A stretch of DNA of 64,000 nucleotides, from positions 22,947 to 86,946 of the forward strand of contig CAXHEV010000003.1 of assembly GCA_964015875.1 (NCBI GenBank). Reading direction: 5' to 3'. Shown in pieces: positions 37,710-47,591 of this stretch (within the stretch, counting starts at the first letter, position 1; each line of letters starts with the position of its first letter). The position numbers and the translations under genes are program-made. Source of the DNA: an uncultured Candidatus Poseidoniales archaeon. Its GTDB lineage: Archaea > Thermoplasmatota > Poseidoniia > Poseidoniales > Poseidoniaceae. The notes under the pieces were generated by a model that worked only from the letters and a program-made list of their open reading frames with translations, was not told the DNA's origin and ran no database searches.

Positions 37710-39491
37710 ATGCAGATGCTAAAAGCGGTAATTACCCCCTTGATTGAGGAGGCTTTGAACGAAGTTGGCGTGGTTAACGAGCATTGGAAAAATATGCTGA
37801 CTCCTTCTCGAGAACTCGAACAAGGCGACATCTCCTTACCATGTTTTCCTTTTGCCAAACAACTTGGTAAGGCACCACCTGTTATTGCTGAATTGATTGC
37901 AGCAGCAATGCCGCACCACGAATCCATTGGAGAAGTCAACGCAGTCGCAGGCTACCTCAACATCAAAGCAAGCCCGACATGGCTTGCTCGAACAATCCTT
38001 ACCTCGCCACAAACCAATGGCCACCCGTTCGGAGAATGCCAACCTACCGGGCGTAAGATCCTCATCGAGCACACCTCAGCAAACCCCAATGGACCGTTTC
38101 ATGTTGGCAGAGCAAGGAACGCAATCTTGGGCGATTCACTCGTCCGCTTACATCGTCTATTTGGCAATGAAGTTCGAGCGGAATACTATGTTGATGACAT
38201 GGGGAAGCAAGTTGGAGTACTTGCCTGGGCACTTGCTCATCTGAGTGAAGACGACGTTAATGCAATCTTGAAAGGAAGTGAAGGTGTCAATCCTAAGTGG
38301 AAAGGAAAGGCAGACCACGAGCGAGTTCGTTGGTACCAAGCAGCGCAAGTTGTACGTCAAGAACGAGACGATAAAGAAGCAATTGAAGAGGAAATAGGCC
38401 GTATGGTTCATGCAAGCGAGCACGGAGACCAAGCTGTCCTCGATGAATTTGAGGCTGCCTACCAACCCGTACTTGATGGGATGCTGATGACGCTTGCTCG
38501 CTTGGGTATTGAATTCGACACGTTCACCAAGGAGTCGATGTTTGTCACCAATGGTGATGTCGGCCGACTCATGCAGCAATTCCGAGGCTTTGACATCCAT
38601 GGAACTGCTGACAACGGTGCGGAATTCTTGGACCTTGGCGCACGTGGACTCAAAGGAAAGACAGAATTTTTCTTCCGCCGAGGTGATGGTTCATCCCTCT
38701 ATGCGACACGAGATATTGCATACCATATGTGGAAATGGCAACAGTGTGACGATCTGATCAATGTTTTAGGTGAAGACCACAAATTGCAGGCAAAGCAAGT
38801 TGGCATGACGCTCACAGAGCTCGGCCAGAATGTCCCCGAGGTTCTCTTCTACTCATTCATCAAGCTACCAGAAGGTAAAATGTCGACCCGTAAAGGAAAC
38901 GTTGTCTTCATGGATGACCTCCTTGAAGAAGCACAAGAGCAAGCTGCTGCTGTAGTAGGAGCACTACGCCCGGATTATGAGAAGGAACAGGTAGATCGAA
39001 TTGCAGGTGCTGCAGGTAAATCAGCGGTTCGATTTAACATCATCAAAGTAAGTCCGGAAAAAGGATTCACCTTCAGGTGGGAAGAAGCGCTTGCCTTTGA
39101 AGGCGGTTCTGCACCTTTCATCATGTACTCGCATGTCCGAGCATGTTCCATTGTGCGACGCTGTCAAGCCGAAGGGGTCGACATCGATGCTGAATTAGCC
39201 AAAACAAACCTTGAGTTGCCAGACTCAATGCCACTTGGGATGATCAGTTTGCTTCGGGCCCTTGCAGTGCATAATGATGTGTTATCGAAGGCAGTCAATG
39301 ACCGTCGACCTCACCTTTTTGCCAACCATCTGCTTCACCTATCGAATTGCTTCAACTCATTCTATAGAGACTGTATGATTGTCATTGAAGGCGAAGTGAA
39401 CACCTTCAACCTACAGATTTCAGAAGTGGCACGACGAATGATGCGAACCGGTATGGAAGGATTGGGGATTGATCCAATCGAACACATGTGA
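37710..39491 (+). CDS. argS: Arginine--tRNA ligase
   Basis: EHTSANPNGPFHVGR, KMSTRKG, anticodon domain with YSHVR, terminal EHM. Confidence 0.95.
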   Translation: MQMLKAVITPLIEEALNEVGVVNEHWKNMLTPSRELEQGDISLPCFPFAKQLGKAPPVIAELIAAAMPHHESIGEVNAVAGYLNIKASPTWLARTILTSPQTNGHPFGECQPTGRKILIEHTSANPNGPFHVGRARNAILGDSLVRLHRLFGNEVRAEYYVDDMGKQVGVLAWALAHLSEDDVNAILKGSEGVNPKWKGKADHERVRWYQAAQVVRQERDDKEAIEEEIGRMVHASEHGDQAVLDEFEAAYQPVLDGMLMTLARLGIEFDTFTKESMFVTNGDVGRLMQQFRGFDIHGTADNGAEFLDLGARGLKGKTEFFFRRGDGSSLYATRDIAYHMWKWQQCDDLINVLGEDHKLQAKQVGMTLTELGQNVPEVLFYSFIKLPEGKMSTRKGNVVFMDDLLEEAQEQAAAVVGALRPDYEKEQVDRIAGAAGKSAVRFNIIKVSPEKGFTFRWEEALAFEGGSAPFIMYSHVRACSIVRRCQAEGVDIDAELAKTNLELPDSMPLGMISLLRALAVHNDVLSKAVNDRRPHLFANHLLHLSNCFNSFYRDCMIVIEGEVNTFNLQISEVARRMMRTGMEGLGIDPIEHM

Positions 39492-39493
39492 GT

Positions 39494-40612
39494 TCATTCT
39501 TGGTCACGTCGGTACCATCCTTCTGGCAAAGCCATCGGATCGATTTGACGTGCATCTTTGATGCGGCGAATGATTTCCATTCGCATGGCGTCCATGCCGA
39601 TGAATTCTGTCGCAGACATTGTGACTCTACCCTTGGGATCAAGCAGGAGTGGAAGATCAGGTGTTCCTTCCGAACCATCTTCTCGCCATTCCGATTCTGC
39701 AGTTGACACTTCTTCCCACATCGCTGGCAAAGGTTTCAACAAATCAGCTTTCGACGTCACAACCATCAAATCAGTCCCTGGAAGCATGGCCTGTACATCC
39801 TCAAGTAGGTGCATCTGCTCATCAAGGGGAGTGCCACAAGCCTCGCTTTCGTCCATCAAGAACAGCACGAGAGACCCTATGTGTTCAAGCGCAGCAATGG
39901 CCTGTAATTCGATTGTATTGCGAGCTGTTCTTGGGCGGTCAAGAAGACCTGGAGTATCGACCATCTGATACTGCAAACGTCGATGAGTGAAGTGGCCCAC
40001 GTGAATTTGTTTTGTTGTGAAAGGATAGTGATTGACTTCCATGTTTCCAGAACTCAATGCAGAAATAAATGCTGATTTACCTACGTTTGGAGCACCACAC
40101 ACAACAATGCAGGGCAAAACTTGGTCAATGGTAGGCAGGCGCTTAAGCGTCTCACGAGCCTTACTCAACCAAAGTAAGGAAGGTTTGACTCGTCGCATGA
40201 TGGATGAGATTCGTCCATAGGCTTCTTTCCGTGCATCATGCATCAAATCAGTTCGCCCAGTTCGAATGATTTTCTTACTGTTCTGACCAGCAATATTCAG
40301 AACCTGCTTAGAAGCCCATTGAAGCATCGACAAGTTGTGGCGATAATCATCACAGCCAACGCAAGCGTCAATCATGGCCACGTCGAATTTTGGAGATTGG
40401 TCAAGTGACGGCCACATATTGACAGTGTCCATAAACGTGGTCGAAATGACATCTGCGGCGGTTTGAACCATTCGACTCATCTGCTTTCGAACCCTGAAAA
40501 CTCGATCGGAGTCATCAACCCTATCTGCTGCTTTTCTGGCACGTGAGAAGGCCTTGTCAAGCACTTCATCCTCAAGAAGGACGGTTGGAAGCGTTCGCCA
40601 CGAGACTTTCAT
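39494..40612 (-). CDS. NOG1-family GTP-binding protein
   Basis: LDKAFSRA N-terminus, GAPNVGKS, YPFTTK, DTPGLLDR, SKAD. Confidence 0.9.
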   Translation of the reverse strand: MKVSWRTLPTVLLEDEVLDKAFSRARKAADRVDDSDRVFRVRKQMSRMVQTAADVISTTFMDTVNMWPSLDQSPKFDVAMIDACVGCDDYRHNLSMLQWASKQVLNIAGQNSKKIIRTGRTDLMHDARKEAYGRISSIMRRVKPSLLWLSKARETLKRLPTIDQVLPCIVVCGAPNVGKSAFISALSSGNMEVNHYPFTTKQIHVGHFTHRRLQYQMVDTPGLLDRPRTARNTIELQAIAALEHIGSLVLFLMDESEACGTPLDEQMHLLEDVQAMLPGTDLMVVTSKADLLKPLPAMWEEVSTAESEWREDGSEGTPDLPLLLDPKGRVTMSATEFIGMDAMRMEIIRRIKDARQIDPMALPEGWYRRDQE

Positions 40613-40742
40613 CTTCTTCCCCTGTCTTCTGCCGGTGGCCCACCCTTCAAGAATGCATACCCCTAAATTTAGCATTTTCAGCCTTTGAGTGCAACTAAGA
40701 ACAGGAGCGGGGTTCAAGTAGCCTCGCCTTGTACCTTAGGCC

Positions 40743-41186
40743 ATGGCGAAGAAAAAGCAGAAGGCTACGCTCCCGGATTGGGCAACACAGATGTGGAAGG
40801 ATATGGGCTCGCCAGACCTTGATGAGGTCGCAGACGTCATCAATGGTGACCTTCTAAAACGCCGTCATGGGCTCCGTCGTGATGATTTTGTTGAAATTTT
40901 GATGGATGCTCGCGCACTTCGTGACGATGAAGACGCTTGGATTCGCGGGCGATTGCTTGCCTCTGGGAAGACAAGCATTGAGTTGCTTGGAGAAGATGGA
41001 CAAACCCATTTCGTGGCACGAGATATCATCACTCGAATTGTACTCACCGCTCACACCCGACCTGCTTACATCGATGACAAAGATCTTCTTGCTTTCGAAC
41101 GCGCAGACATGAAGCGTCGTTCAAGCTTGCATGAAAAGGTCGAGAAAGAAAGCAAGGGAAGCGACGATTCTCATCTTTGGGGTTGA
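40743..41186 (+). CDS. Hypothetical protein, possible Sm-like beta core
   Basis: 147-aa ORF; IRGRLLASGKTSIELLGEDGQTHFVARDIITRI; TTCAA 30 nt upstream. Confidence 0.7.
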   Translation: MAKKKQKATLPDWATQMWKDMGSPDLDEVADVINGDLLKRRHGLRRDDFVEILMDARALRDDEDAWIRGRLLASGKTSIELLGEDGQTHFVARDIITRIVLTAHTRPAYIDDKDLLAFERADMKRRSSLHEKVEKESKGSDDSHLWG

Positions 41187-41190
41187 AAAA

Positions 41191-41439
41191 ATGAACCTCC
41201 CCACTGGATGGACCATTGTTGATGAACGCTTGATGAGGGATTTCAAATTTCCAAATTTTTTGTCGGCAAAGACCTTCGTGGATACGATTTCAGACATTGC
41301 CGAAGAGGTCAATCACCACCCAGACATCCATTTTGGCTGGGGATACGTCGTTGTGGAGTTATTCACTCATGATGAGAAAAAAATCACTGAGAAGGATACT
41401 GAGGTAGCCCAACGCATCAATGCTTCAATGGAGGATTGA
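41191..41439 (+). CDS. phhB: Pterin-4-alpha-carbinolamine dehydratase
   Basis: FPNF..A..F, AE..NHHPDI, THD, ITEKD. Confidence 0.9.
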   Translation: MNLPTGWTIVDERLMRDFKFPNFLSAKTFVDTISDIAEEVNHHPDIHFGWGYVVVELFTHDEKKITEKDTEVAQRINASMED

Positions 41440-41443
41440 AGCG

Positions 41444-41785
41444 ATGCCTACTGACCCAAAGGGCAGAACAAAACCCGGCTATCGAAAACACATGTTCGTC
41501 TGCGGGCACGAACGACCTGAAGGTTCAGCACGGCCATCATGCTCACGTCGTGGTAGTTTGGCCCTCATGCAATCCATCAAACGGGCGGCTAAACAAGCAG
41601 GTCTGCACGATGTAAGGGTTCAGAAATCTGGTTGCCTAGACTTTTGTGAGTTTGGTACAACCGCCGTCATATATCCAGAAGGCATCTGGTACACATTGAA
41701 AGGCGAAGAGGCTGTTGCCGCCATGGTTCAACACTTGCAAAGCGGTACCGGAGCGGTAGATCTGCAGATGAATATGGACGAGTGA
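41444..41785 (+). CDS. Thioredoxin-like [2Fe-2S] ferredoxin
   Basis: HMFVC...C, SGCLDFCEFG, IYPEGIWY; SD GGAGG. Confidence 0.88.
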   Translation: MPTDPKGRTKPGYRKHMFVCGHERPEGSARPSCSRRGSLALMQSIKRAAKQAGLHDVRVQKSGCLDFCEFGTTAVIYPEGIWYTLKGEEAVAAMVQHLQSGTGAVDLQMNMDE

Positions 41786-41797
41786 GGCATTCTAGGT

Positions 41798-43378
41798 TCA
41801 AGACTCAGAAGATGCCGATGTTCCTTCCGTATCATTCTCACGGGTTCTCTGGCAAGTATCTGCTTGACATGGTTCGTGAGGCTGGGCATTGCTGGTCGAT
41901 GCGAGAAGTGGATCCATTTGGTCAAATGCCTCAAGAAGACTCGGACCGCTTGCTAGGTAGTAAACTGAGCCTCGTCCATCCCGCGAATCTTCAGCACTTG
42001 CATTCTCATTCGTTGCACAATCACCAGTGCAGCCGTCAGCAAATGCGACATAGACTCGACCTTCACGATCGATGTGCAAGTCGTTAAAATCCAGTAGGTT
42101 ACGATTGGAACCACCGATATCTCTGCAATCACCGGAATTGAGACAAATAGAACCAATCTGAACTGGATCATCAGTCACTCGTTGAGTATGGAAAATTGGA
42201 TTCTCATCAAGCGCATTGAGACTGTAGGTGATGTAGAGATGGTAGGTCGCATTGTTCGGAGCATAGTGTGCGTTTCCATCCCAAGGGCTTCCATCAATAT
42301 TTGATTCACCAAGCATTTCAGAATTTTCACTACCAAGGTAGGTGATGGCGATTCGTCCAGGGTCACCGGCATCGGTTTGTGGGAAGACAGTTGAAATGAC
42401 GCCCGCAGGTGAAATTCTGATGCTCTCTTGTTCCCAAGTTTCACCCGAATCTATGGAGCGTGACATGTAGACGCCTTCATCAGCACCAGTCCAAACGTGA
42501 TAGGCGTTTGATGCAGTATCTGCTGCAACCTCTGAATTCTTCCTTGGGTAGGGAGTTCCTGCATCTTCCCCCATCGAGCGCTCGAACCAAGAAAAGCCAT
42601 TGTCTTTGGAAACGATTACGGTTGGTGTTTCTACTCGCGGCGTGACGTAGACTGTGCCATCGGGTGCAGTCGAGATTGCCCCGTGCAGACCTCCATTTGT
42701 TGTCGCAAGTCCGATGATTTGACCACCGGTTTCGAACGTAGCTCCACCATCAAAACTGGTGAAGCAGAAAATGCCTACAAGTTTGTTGTAGCAGTAATAC
42801 ACAGCGGTTTCGTAGAGGTTGGTTGTCAAGGCACCAAGTGCAGCATATGGCCCAGTGTTGGTCCATGGTCCACTCGCTAGTTTGATGTGGTCATTGATTG
42901 GAGTCGTGCCTGAGTCGTGTGGGTTTCCTAGCCATGTATCGCCGTCATCATCGCTCCAACAAATCCATGAAGTTTCAAGTCCAATCATCTGGACATTGAA
43001 AATCCGGTCCGTGATTGGGTCCACCCATCCATAAGGGTCGCTTGTGGTTGGCGAGCATTGAACAGGATCTTGTGTTTCTTCCCACGCTTCACCATAATCA
43101 CATGACCTCATCACCTTCTCCATAGCGATGAAAAAGATGCACCCACTGGAGGTGATGCCGATGCTGGGTTCCTTGCCAGTTTCACCGACATCACTGAATT
43201 GAAACTCTATGTTGAGGGGCGGAACATTGCTGTCATTGCCGTATTTATCTGTGACAAATACCCGCTGATCTTCTACAATCACCACTTCTTCCTCGATTTC
43301 TATTTCCTCAGCGCCAAAACATCCGGAGAGGGAGAGGGTGGCAACCAAAAAACACAGGAGAATCGCTCTGACTCGCAT
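41798..43378 (-). CDS. Lipoprotein with BNR/Asp-box repeats (sialidase-like beta-propeller)
   Basis: Lipobox LSGC; Asp-boxes SCDYGEAW, SDDDGDTW, SFDGGATF, SKDNGFSW, SIDSGETW. Confidence 0.8.
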   Translation of the reverse strand: MRVRAILLCFLVATLSLSGCFGAEEIEIEEEVVIVEDQRVFVTDKYGNDSNVPPLNIEFQFSDVGETGKEPSIGITSSGCIFFIAMEKVMRSCDYGEAWEETQDPVQCSPTTSDPYGWVDPITDRIFNVQMIGLETSWICWSDDDGDTWLGNPHDSGTTPINDHIKLASGPWTNTGPYAALGALTTNLYETAVYYCYNKLVGIFCFTSFDGGATFETGGQIIGLATTNGGLHGAISTAPDGTVYVTPRVETPTVIVSKDNGFSWFERSMGEDAGTPYPRKNSEVAADTASNAYHVWTGADEGVYMSRSIDSGETWEQESIRISPAGVISTVFPQTDAGDPGRIAITYLGSENSEMLGESNIDGSPWDGNAHYAPNNATYHLYITYSLNALDENPIFHTQRVTDDPVQIGSICLNSGDCRDIGGSNRNLLDFNDLHIDREGRVYVAFADGCTGDCATNENASAEDSRDGRGSVYYLASGPSLLEAFDQMDPLLASTSNAQPHEPCQADTCQRTRENDTEGTSASSES

Positions 43379-43511
43379 ACATCGCCCTAAAGGGCGCCTG
43401 CAATTATATTATCCATCAGTAAATCTGTGCAAAATGATACGGGGACGTAAATTAATATATCATTGTGCCTCGAAAGGAGAAGTCTCTTTTCTCTATAGAA
43501 AGACGGGCTAA

Positions 43512-43922
43512 TCATAGTTTGACTGGTCGAGTCGCACCGCATGCTTGGCACTTGAGCAAGGTTGTACGATCGTGCTTCTCGAAGTGAGTATCAGGTGCAC
43601 CACATTGTGTACATTTGATGTAGGCATTGACATAATTGGAAATGGTCTTTTTGATGCGCTTTGGAGGGATACGGCCCTTGAACCGAGCACGGGGCCCATC
43701 ACGAGAACCGGATGTACCCAACTCATTGAGGATGTACTGATAGACATGGTTGTCATCACGATCCATCATTGAGACAACCTCGTTGAAATTACGGAAAATA
43801 GTGTTCTGTCCTTCGATGAGGATCTGTGGCGGCGGTAATCTCCACCTCGACCTTGAAGAGATTTCTTCGGGGATGTTCTCCCGTGCTCGGTCGAGAAGGG
43901 ACTCGTAATCGAAGTCGCTCAT
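43512..43922 (-). CDS. eif2b: Translation initiation factor aIF-2 beta
   Basis: YESLLDRA, TIFRNF, ELGT, CTQCGAPDT...CQACGA. Confidence 0.95.
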   Translation of the reverse strand: MSDFDYESLLDRARENIPEEISSRSRWRLPPPQILIEGQNTIFRNFNEVVSMMDRDDNHVYQYILNELGTSGSRDGPRARFKGRIPPKRIKKTISNYVNAYIKCTQCGAPDTHFEKHDRTTLLKCQACGATRPVKL

Positions 43923-44014
43923 GCGTCAATGCCTGTGCCGCTCTTTCTTGAAGCCATCGGAGGCGAACGGGCAAAGGATTGATGAGGTTGAGACCTTAGC
44001 CCAACCTGAGAAGT

Positions 44015-44599
44015 ATGGTGTTGAGCATCGAAGAACTGAGAGCACAGGCCTATGGCATGAGAAAAGAAGGGCTTAATTCCCAACAAATTGCTGATGAACT
44101 TTCACTCTCGCAAGACACCATCTCGTGGTTGCTTACTGAAGGTGGAAATGATGACCGTCCAACGGATGTGCGAATTGGTTGGCGAAGCATCGGCGTGCGT
44201 CCAGAGCGAATCGCTGCTGTTGGCACGATCATGGCCGATGTCGCTGACGAAGAGCTGGGACTGGAAGATATTGACACCGTAGTTGGTATTTCCATCAACG
44301 GGATCACATTTGCTCACGAAGTTGCACGAAACTTAGGTGCTGAATTCACCATTTTCCGAAACGTCGAAGGGGAAGACGGTCAAGGTGTTCTTTCGAACAA
44401 GTACGGCAAAGTTGCTGGAAAGAAAGTGGTCATCATCGACGATGTCCTTTCATCCGGAGTCACTATGGGAAAAACCATTGAAGCGATCCGTTCGGTGGGT
44501 GGAGACGTTGGACTTGCCATCGTTCTTGTCAACAAAACCACTCGAAACGAAATCCAAGATGTACCCTTAAGAGGCATCATCCGAGCCGTTCCTGTTTGA
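44015..44599 (+). CDS. gfcR: HTH-PRTase protein (PyrE-like, GfcR family)
   Basis: N-terminal HTH (GLNSQQIADELSLSQDTISWLL), IGWRSIG, PRPP loop IIDDVLSSGVT. Confidence 0.8.
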   Translation: MVLSIEELRAQAYGMRKEGLNSQQIADELSLSQDTISWLLTEGGNDDRPTDVRIGWRSIGVRPERIAAVGTIMADVADEELGLEDIDTVVGISINGITFAHEVARNLGAEFTIFRNVEGEDGQGVLSNKYGKVAGKKVVIIDDVLSSGVTMGKTIEAIRSVGGDVGLAIVLVNKTTRNEIQDVPLRGIIRAVPV

Positions 44600-44610
44600 G
44601 GTGAAGAAGA

Positions 44611-46212
44611 ATGCACTGGGCAGATGTCGCAGCGAAGGCGTTGAGCCACAAAGGCGACAAGCACATTGTTTCAACGGGAATCACACCGAGTGGAGAATTC
44701 CACATTGGGCATCTTCGTGAAATCCTCACAGGGGATATGATTGCAAGGGCAGCTCGAAATGCGGGGTTAGATGTCGAATTTGTTTTTGTCGTCGATACCG
44801 CAGACCCACTGCGGAAGGTCTACGAATTTCTTGGACCTGAATATGAGCAATTCATTGGCCATCAACTTGGATCCATCCCTGCACCTGATGAGGATGGAAA
44901 CCCCGATTGGAAGCGATTTGAGGATGGTTGGACCTATGGTGATCATTTCTTGAAGCCCTTTCTTCAAGCGTTAAACCAAATCGGAGTTCGGCCACGAATC
45001 ATTGACAATCTTGACGCCTATCAATCTGGAAAATTCGATACCCTGGCCAAGATTGCATGTGACAGAGCAGACGATATCCGTGAAGCCATTGAACGAATAT
45101 CAGGGCGTGAATTAGCAGAAGATTGGTTCCCATGGAGCCCACTCGACTCAAAGGGTTCACTCGATGGAGTCAAGGTGACAGGATATGAATACCCACTTGT
45201 TCATTGGCACGATTCGCACGGCGTTGACGGCACGTCAGACATTTCCAAAGGCGAGGGTAAGCTCCCATGGCGGATCGATTGGCCCGCAAAATGGGGCTGG
45301 ATTGGCGTCACCTGTGAGCCATTTGGTAAAGATCACGGTGCTGCAGGTGGATCATATGCAACCGGACGAGAAATAGTGCAGATTTTAGGCCATGAGGCAC
45401 CTCATCCATTGACCTATGAGTGGATCAGCCTCAAGGGTCAAGGAGCCATGTCATCATCTGCAGGAAATACAATCGGTCCAATTGAAGCTCTCGAATTAGT
45501 GCCACCCGAAATCCTTCGTCTCCTCGTTGCAAAATCAAAACCAAACAAGGCTATTGAGTTCGACACAGGGATGAGTTTAGTGAACCTTGCAGACGAGTAT
45601 GAGCGACTTGCAGCAAGGGATTACGCTACCGAATTAGCGAATGAAGAACTAAGTCGACGTCAACGAGTACAAGTGGAAGATGCTGCTGGAGCCATGCGAA
45701 TGGCCGCAGTTGAAGAAGGGGAAGTGGCTCAAGCCACAGCAGTCACCTTCAGGCATCTTGCCCTTCTTGCACAAACCAAAACAACTGATGATGCTGTATG
45801 GGACAGTCTACGAAATGCTGGAGCCATTGAACAGCCAACTCAATCACTCATCGATCGACTAATGCGGATGCGTGCATGGATTGATTCCAAGCATTTCCCT
45901 CTGGAAATGAAAATCAGTATTTTGGATGCTCCGAATCATTCGGCGCTCGCACAACTGAACGATGATGAGCGCTCGGTACTGAATTCGCTTGCCGAGACCC
46001 TCGAAAAATGTGACTGGAATGCTAGCAGCATTAGTGCCGCCATCCCTCAGTCCGCAAAAAACCTCGAACTCTCTCCAAAAGCAGGCTACAGAGCAGCATA
46101 TGCAGCACTCATGGGGAAAGAGCGTGGACCTAGACTTGCTCCAATCCTTGCGGAAATGGACCAGAGCAAAATTGTTGAGCTCTTGAAAGCCTGTGCTGAA
46201 AACCTCAACTGA
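44611..46212 (+). CDS. lysS: Class I lysine--tRNA ligase
   Basis: HWAD, GITPSGEFHIGH, GKLPWRIDWP, EPFGKDH, MSSS, GPRL. Confidence 0.95.
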   Translation: MHWADVAAKALSHKGDKHIVSTGITPSGEFHIGHLREILTGDMIARAARNAGLDVEFVFVVDTADPLRKVYEFLGPEYEQFIGHQLGSIPAPDEDGNPDWKRFEDGWTYGDHFLKPFLQALNQIGVRPRIIDNLDAYQSGKFDTLAKIACDRADDIREAIERISGRELAEDWFPWSPLDSKGSLDGVKVTGYEYPLVHWHDSHGVDGTSDISKGEGKLPWRIDWPAKWGWIGVTCEPFGKDHGAAGGSYATGREIVQILGHEAPHPLTYEWISLKGQGAMSSSAGNTIGPIEALELVPPEILRLLVAKSKPNKAIEFDTGMSLVNLADEYERLAARDYATELANEELSRRQRVQVEDAAGAMRMAAVEEGEVAQATAVTFRHLALLAQTKTTDDAVWDSLRNAGAIEQPTQSLIDRLMRMRAWIDSKHFPLEMKISILDAPNHSALAQLNDDERSVLNSLAETLEKCDWNASSISAAIPQSAKNLELSPKAGYRAAYAALMGKERGPRLAPILAEMDQSKIVELLKACAENLN

Positions 46213-46325
46213 CACGATTTGAAGCCCAAGCGGCGAGTTCGGGTTCGTGAAATGTCGTACAGTCCGCAACAAAATTGCGGCATTTGACCATCACCATTGA
46301 AAGAGGTGAGCGTGTACTTGGGCAC

Positions 46326-47588
46326 ATGGCGGGGGTGTACTGTCCAACCTGTGAAGCGGGTGTTGAAGCGGCGGCTAAGTTTTGCCTGTCCTGTGGCCAC
46401 GACCTCACCGGCCAGGGTCCAATCACGGCTACGGGTCACGATTTGAATCAAATCAAGGAAGTGATTCGACACCGCGAAGACCTCTCTATGGCAGAAAAAT
46501 TCGATATGATTGCTAAGGTCGAAGAGGGGGCAAACCCAATCCTTCTTGGCATCGCTGCTCCAGCTGAAGGCGAAGATGTCGATCTGGCAGGAGCATTTGG
46601 CACAGAATTGGAAGAGTCGGCAGGCTCCGCCTATGCCAGCCATGAATGGGGACAATCTCCCGCGGCTAACGCCGCTGTACGAGCTGTTGTTCGTGGAACA
46701 AATGGATGGGATTTAATCCAAGCAGGAAAACTTGACCTCAGTGAAGGTTTGTTCCGAGATGCAATGGACAACGGAATGGAAGCATCCACTCACATTCACG
46801 ATGTTGCAAGTGGTGAACACGAAGGAATTGACCCTGATGCCATGCGTGCAATCCCTGTATTGAAACCACCCAAGCGGAGTTTCTGTCCAAAATGTGGTTC
46901 AGATATTCATGCCAACACCATGCTACAGTGGCGAAAGTGGCGAGATTCTTCTGGTGCGGTTGTGTCGATGCAACTCGAGGCTTCTATGGAGACGTCCCTC
47001 ATACAAGTTGCTGCTCACTATCTCAATGTGATGCAGGCCATGAAGGATGAACGCGATGATGCAATCGCCCGAGCAGCAAAAGGCGATCCTGGGGTCATCG
47101 AAGCAAAGCTTCGCGAACAACTTGAAGTCAGTATTCGAAAAGAACTTGAACAAGAAATTCGCTCTGAGATGGAAGAGGAATTCAAGGGCAGAGCAGTGGC
47201 AAGTGCTGACGCTAAATCCACCCCGAAGAAGCAGACTTCCAAAGGCAAGCAAAGCACTGCCAAGAAGGCGGTGACAAAAGCGGCTTCTGGGACCAAAAAG
47301 AAATCAGGCGGCATGTTTGGGCCAAAGAAGGTCAAGAAAACATACGAAGGTGAACCTGGCGGTAAAGCAGATTGGTTCCTTGGCGAAGCCCTCGACACTG
47401 TCTATGACCCTCACGGCACTGGAAAAACCATCAAACCAGCAACTATTCTTGCCCGTTCAAGTGACGGGAACGTAAGGGTTCGAGATGTCGTGAGGATCTA
47501 TGACATCGAGGGCGAGGCGGGCATCAGTGAACTTGCTTGGACAAGTCCGCTCACCAAATACATCATCGATGCCTACGATGCTTGCTGA
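46326..47588 (+). CDS. Hypothetical protein: Zn ribbons, coiled coil, Lys-rich linker
   Basis: CPTC...FCLSCG, FCPKCG, E/K/R heptads, STPKKQTSKGKQSTAKKAVTKAASGTKKK; TTGAA 29 nt upstream. Confidence 0.75.
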   Translation: MAGVYCPTCEAGVEAAAKFCLSCGHDLTGQGPITATGHDLNQIKEVIRHREDLSMAEKFDMIAKVEEGANPILLGIAAPAEGEDVDLAGAFGTELEESAGSAYASHEWGQSPAANAAVRAVVRGTNGWDLIQAGKLDLSEGLFRDAMDNGMEASTHIHDVASGEHEGIDPDAMRAIPVLKPPKRSFCPKCGSDIHANTMLQWRKWRDSSGAVVSMQLEASMETSLIQVAAHYLNVMQAMKDERDDAIARAAKGDPGVIEAKLREQLEVSIRKELEQEIRSEMEEEFKGRAVASADAKSTPKKQTSKGKQSTAKKAVTKAASGTKKKSGGMFGPKKVKKTYEGEPGGKADWFLGEALDTVYDPHGTGKTIKPATILARSSDGNVRVRDVVRIYDIEGEAGISELAWTSPLTKYIIDAYDAC

Positions 47589-47591
47589 TGA

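Noticed and set aside
45440..45470. LysRS AMSSSAG in place of KMSKS
   Set aside because: Degenerate KMSKS loops are common in archaeal class I LysRS
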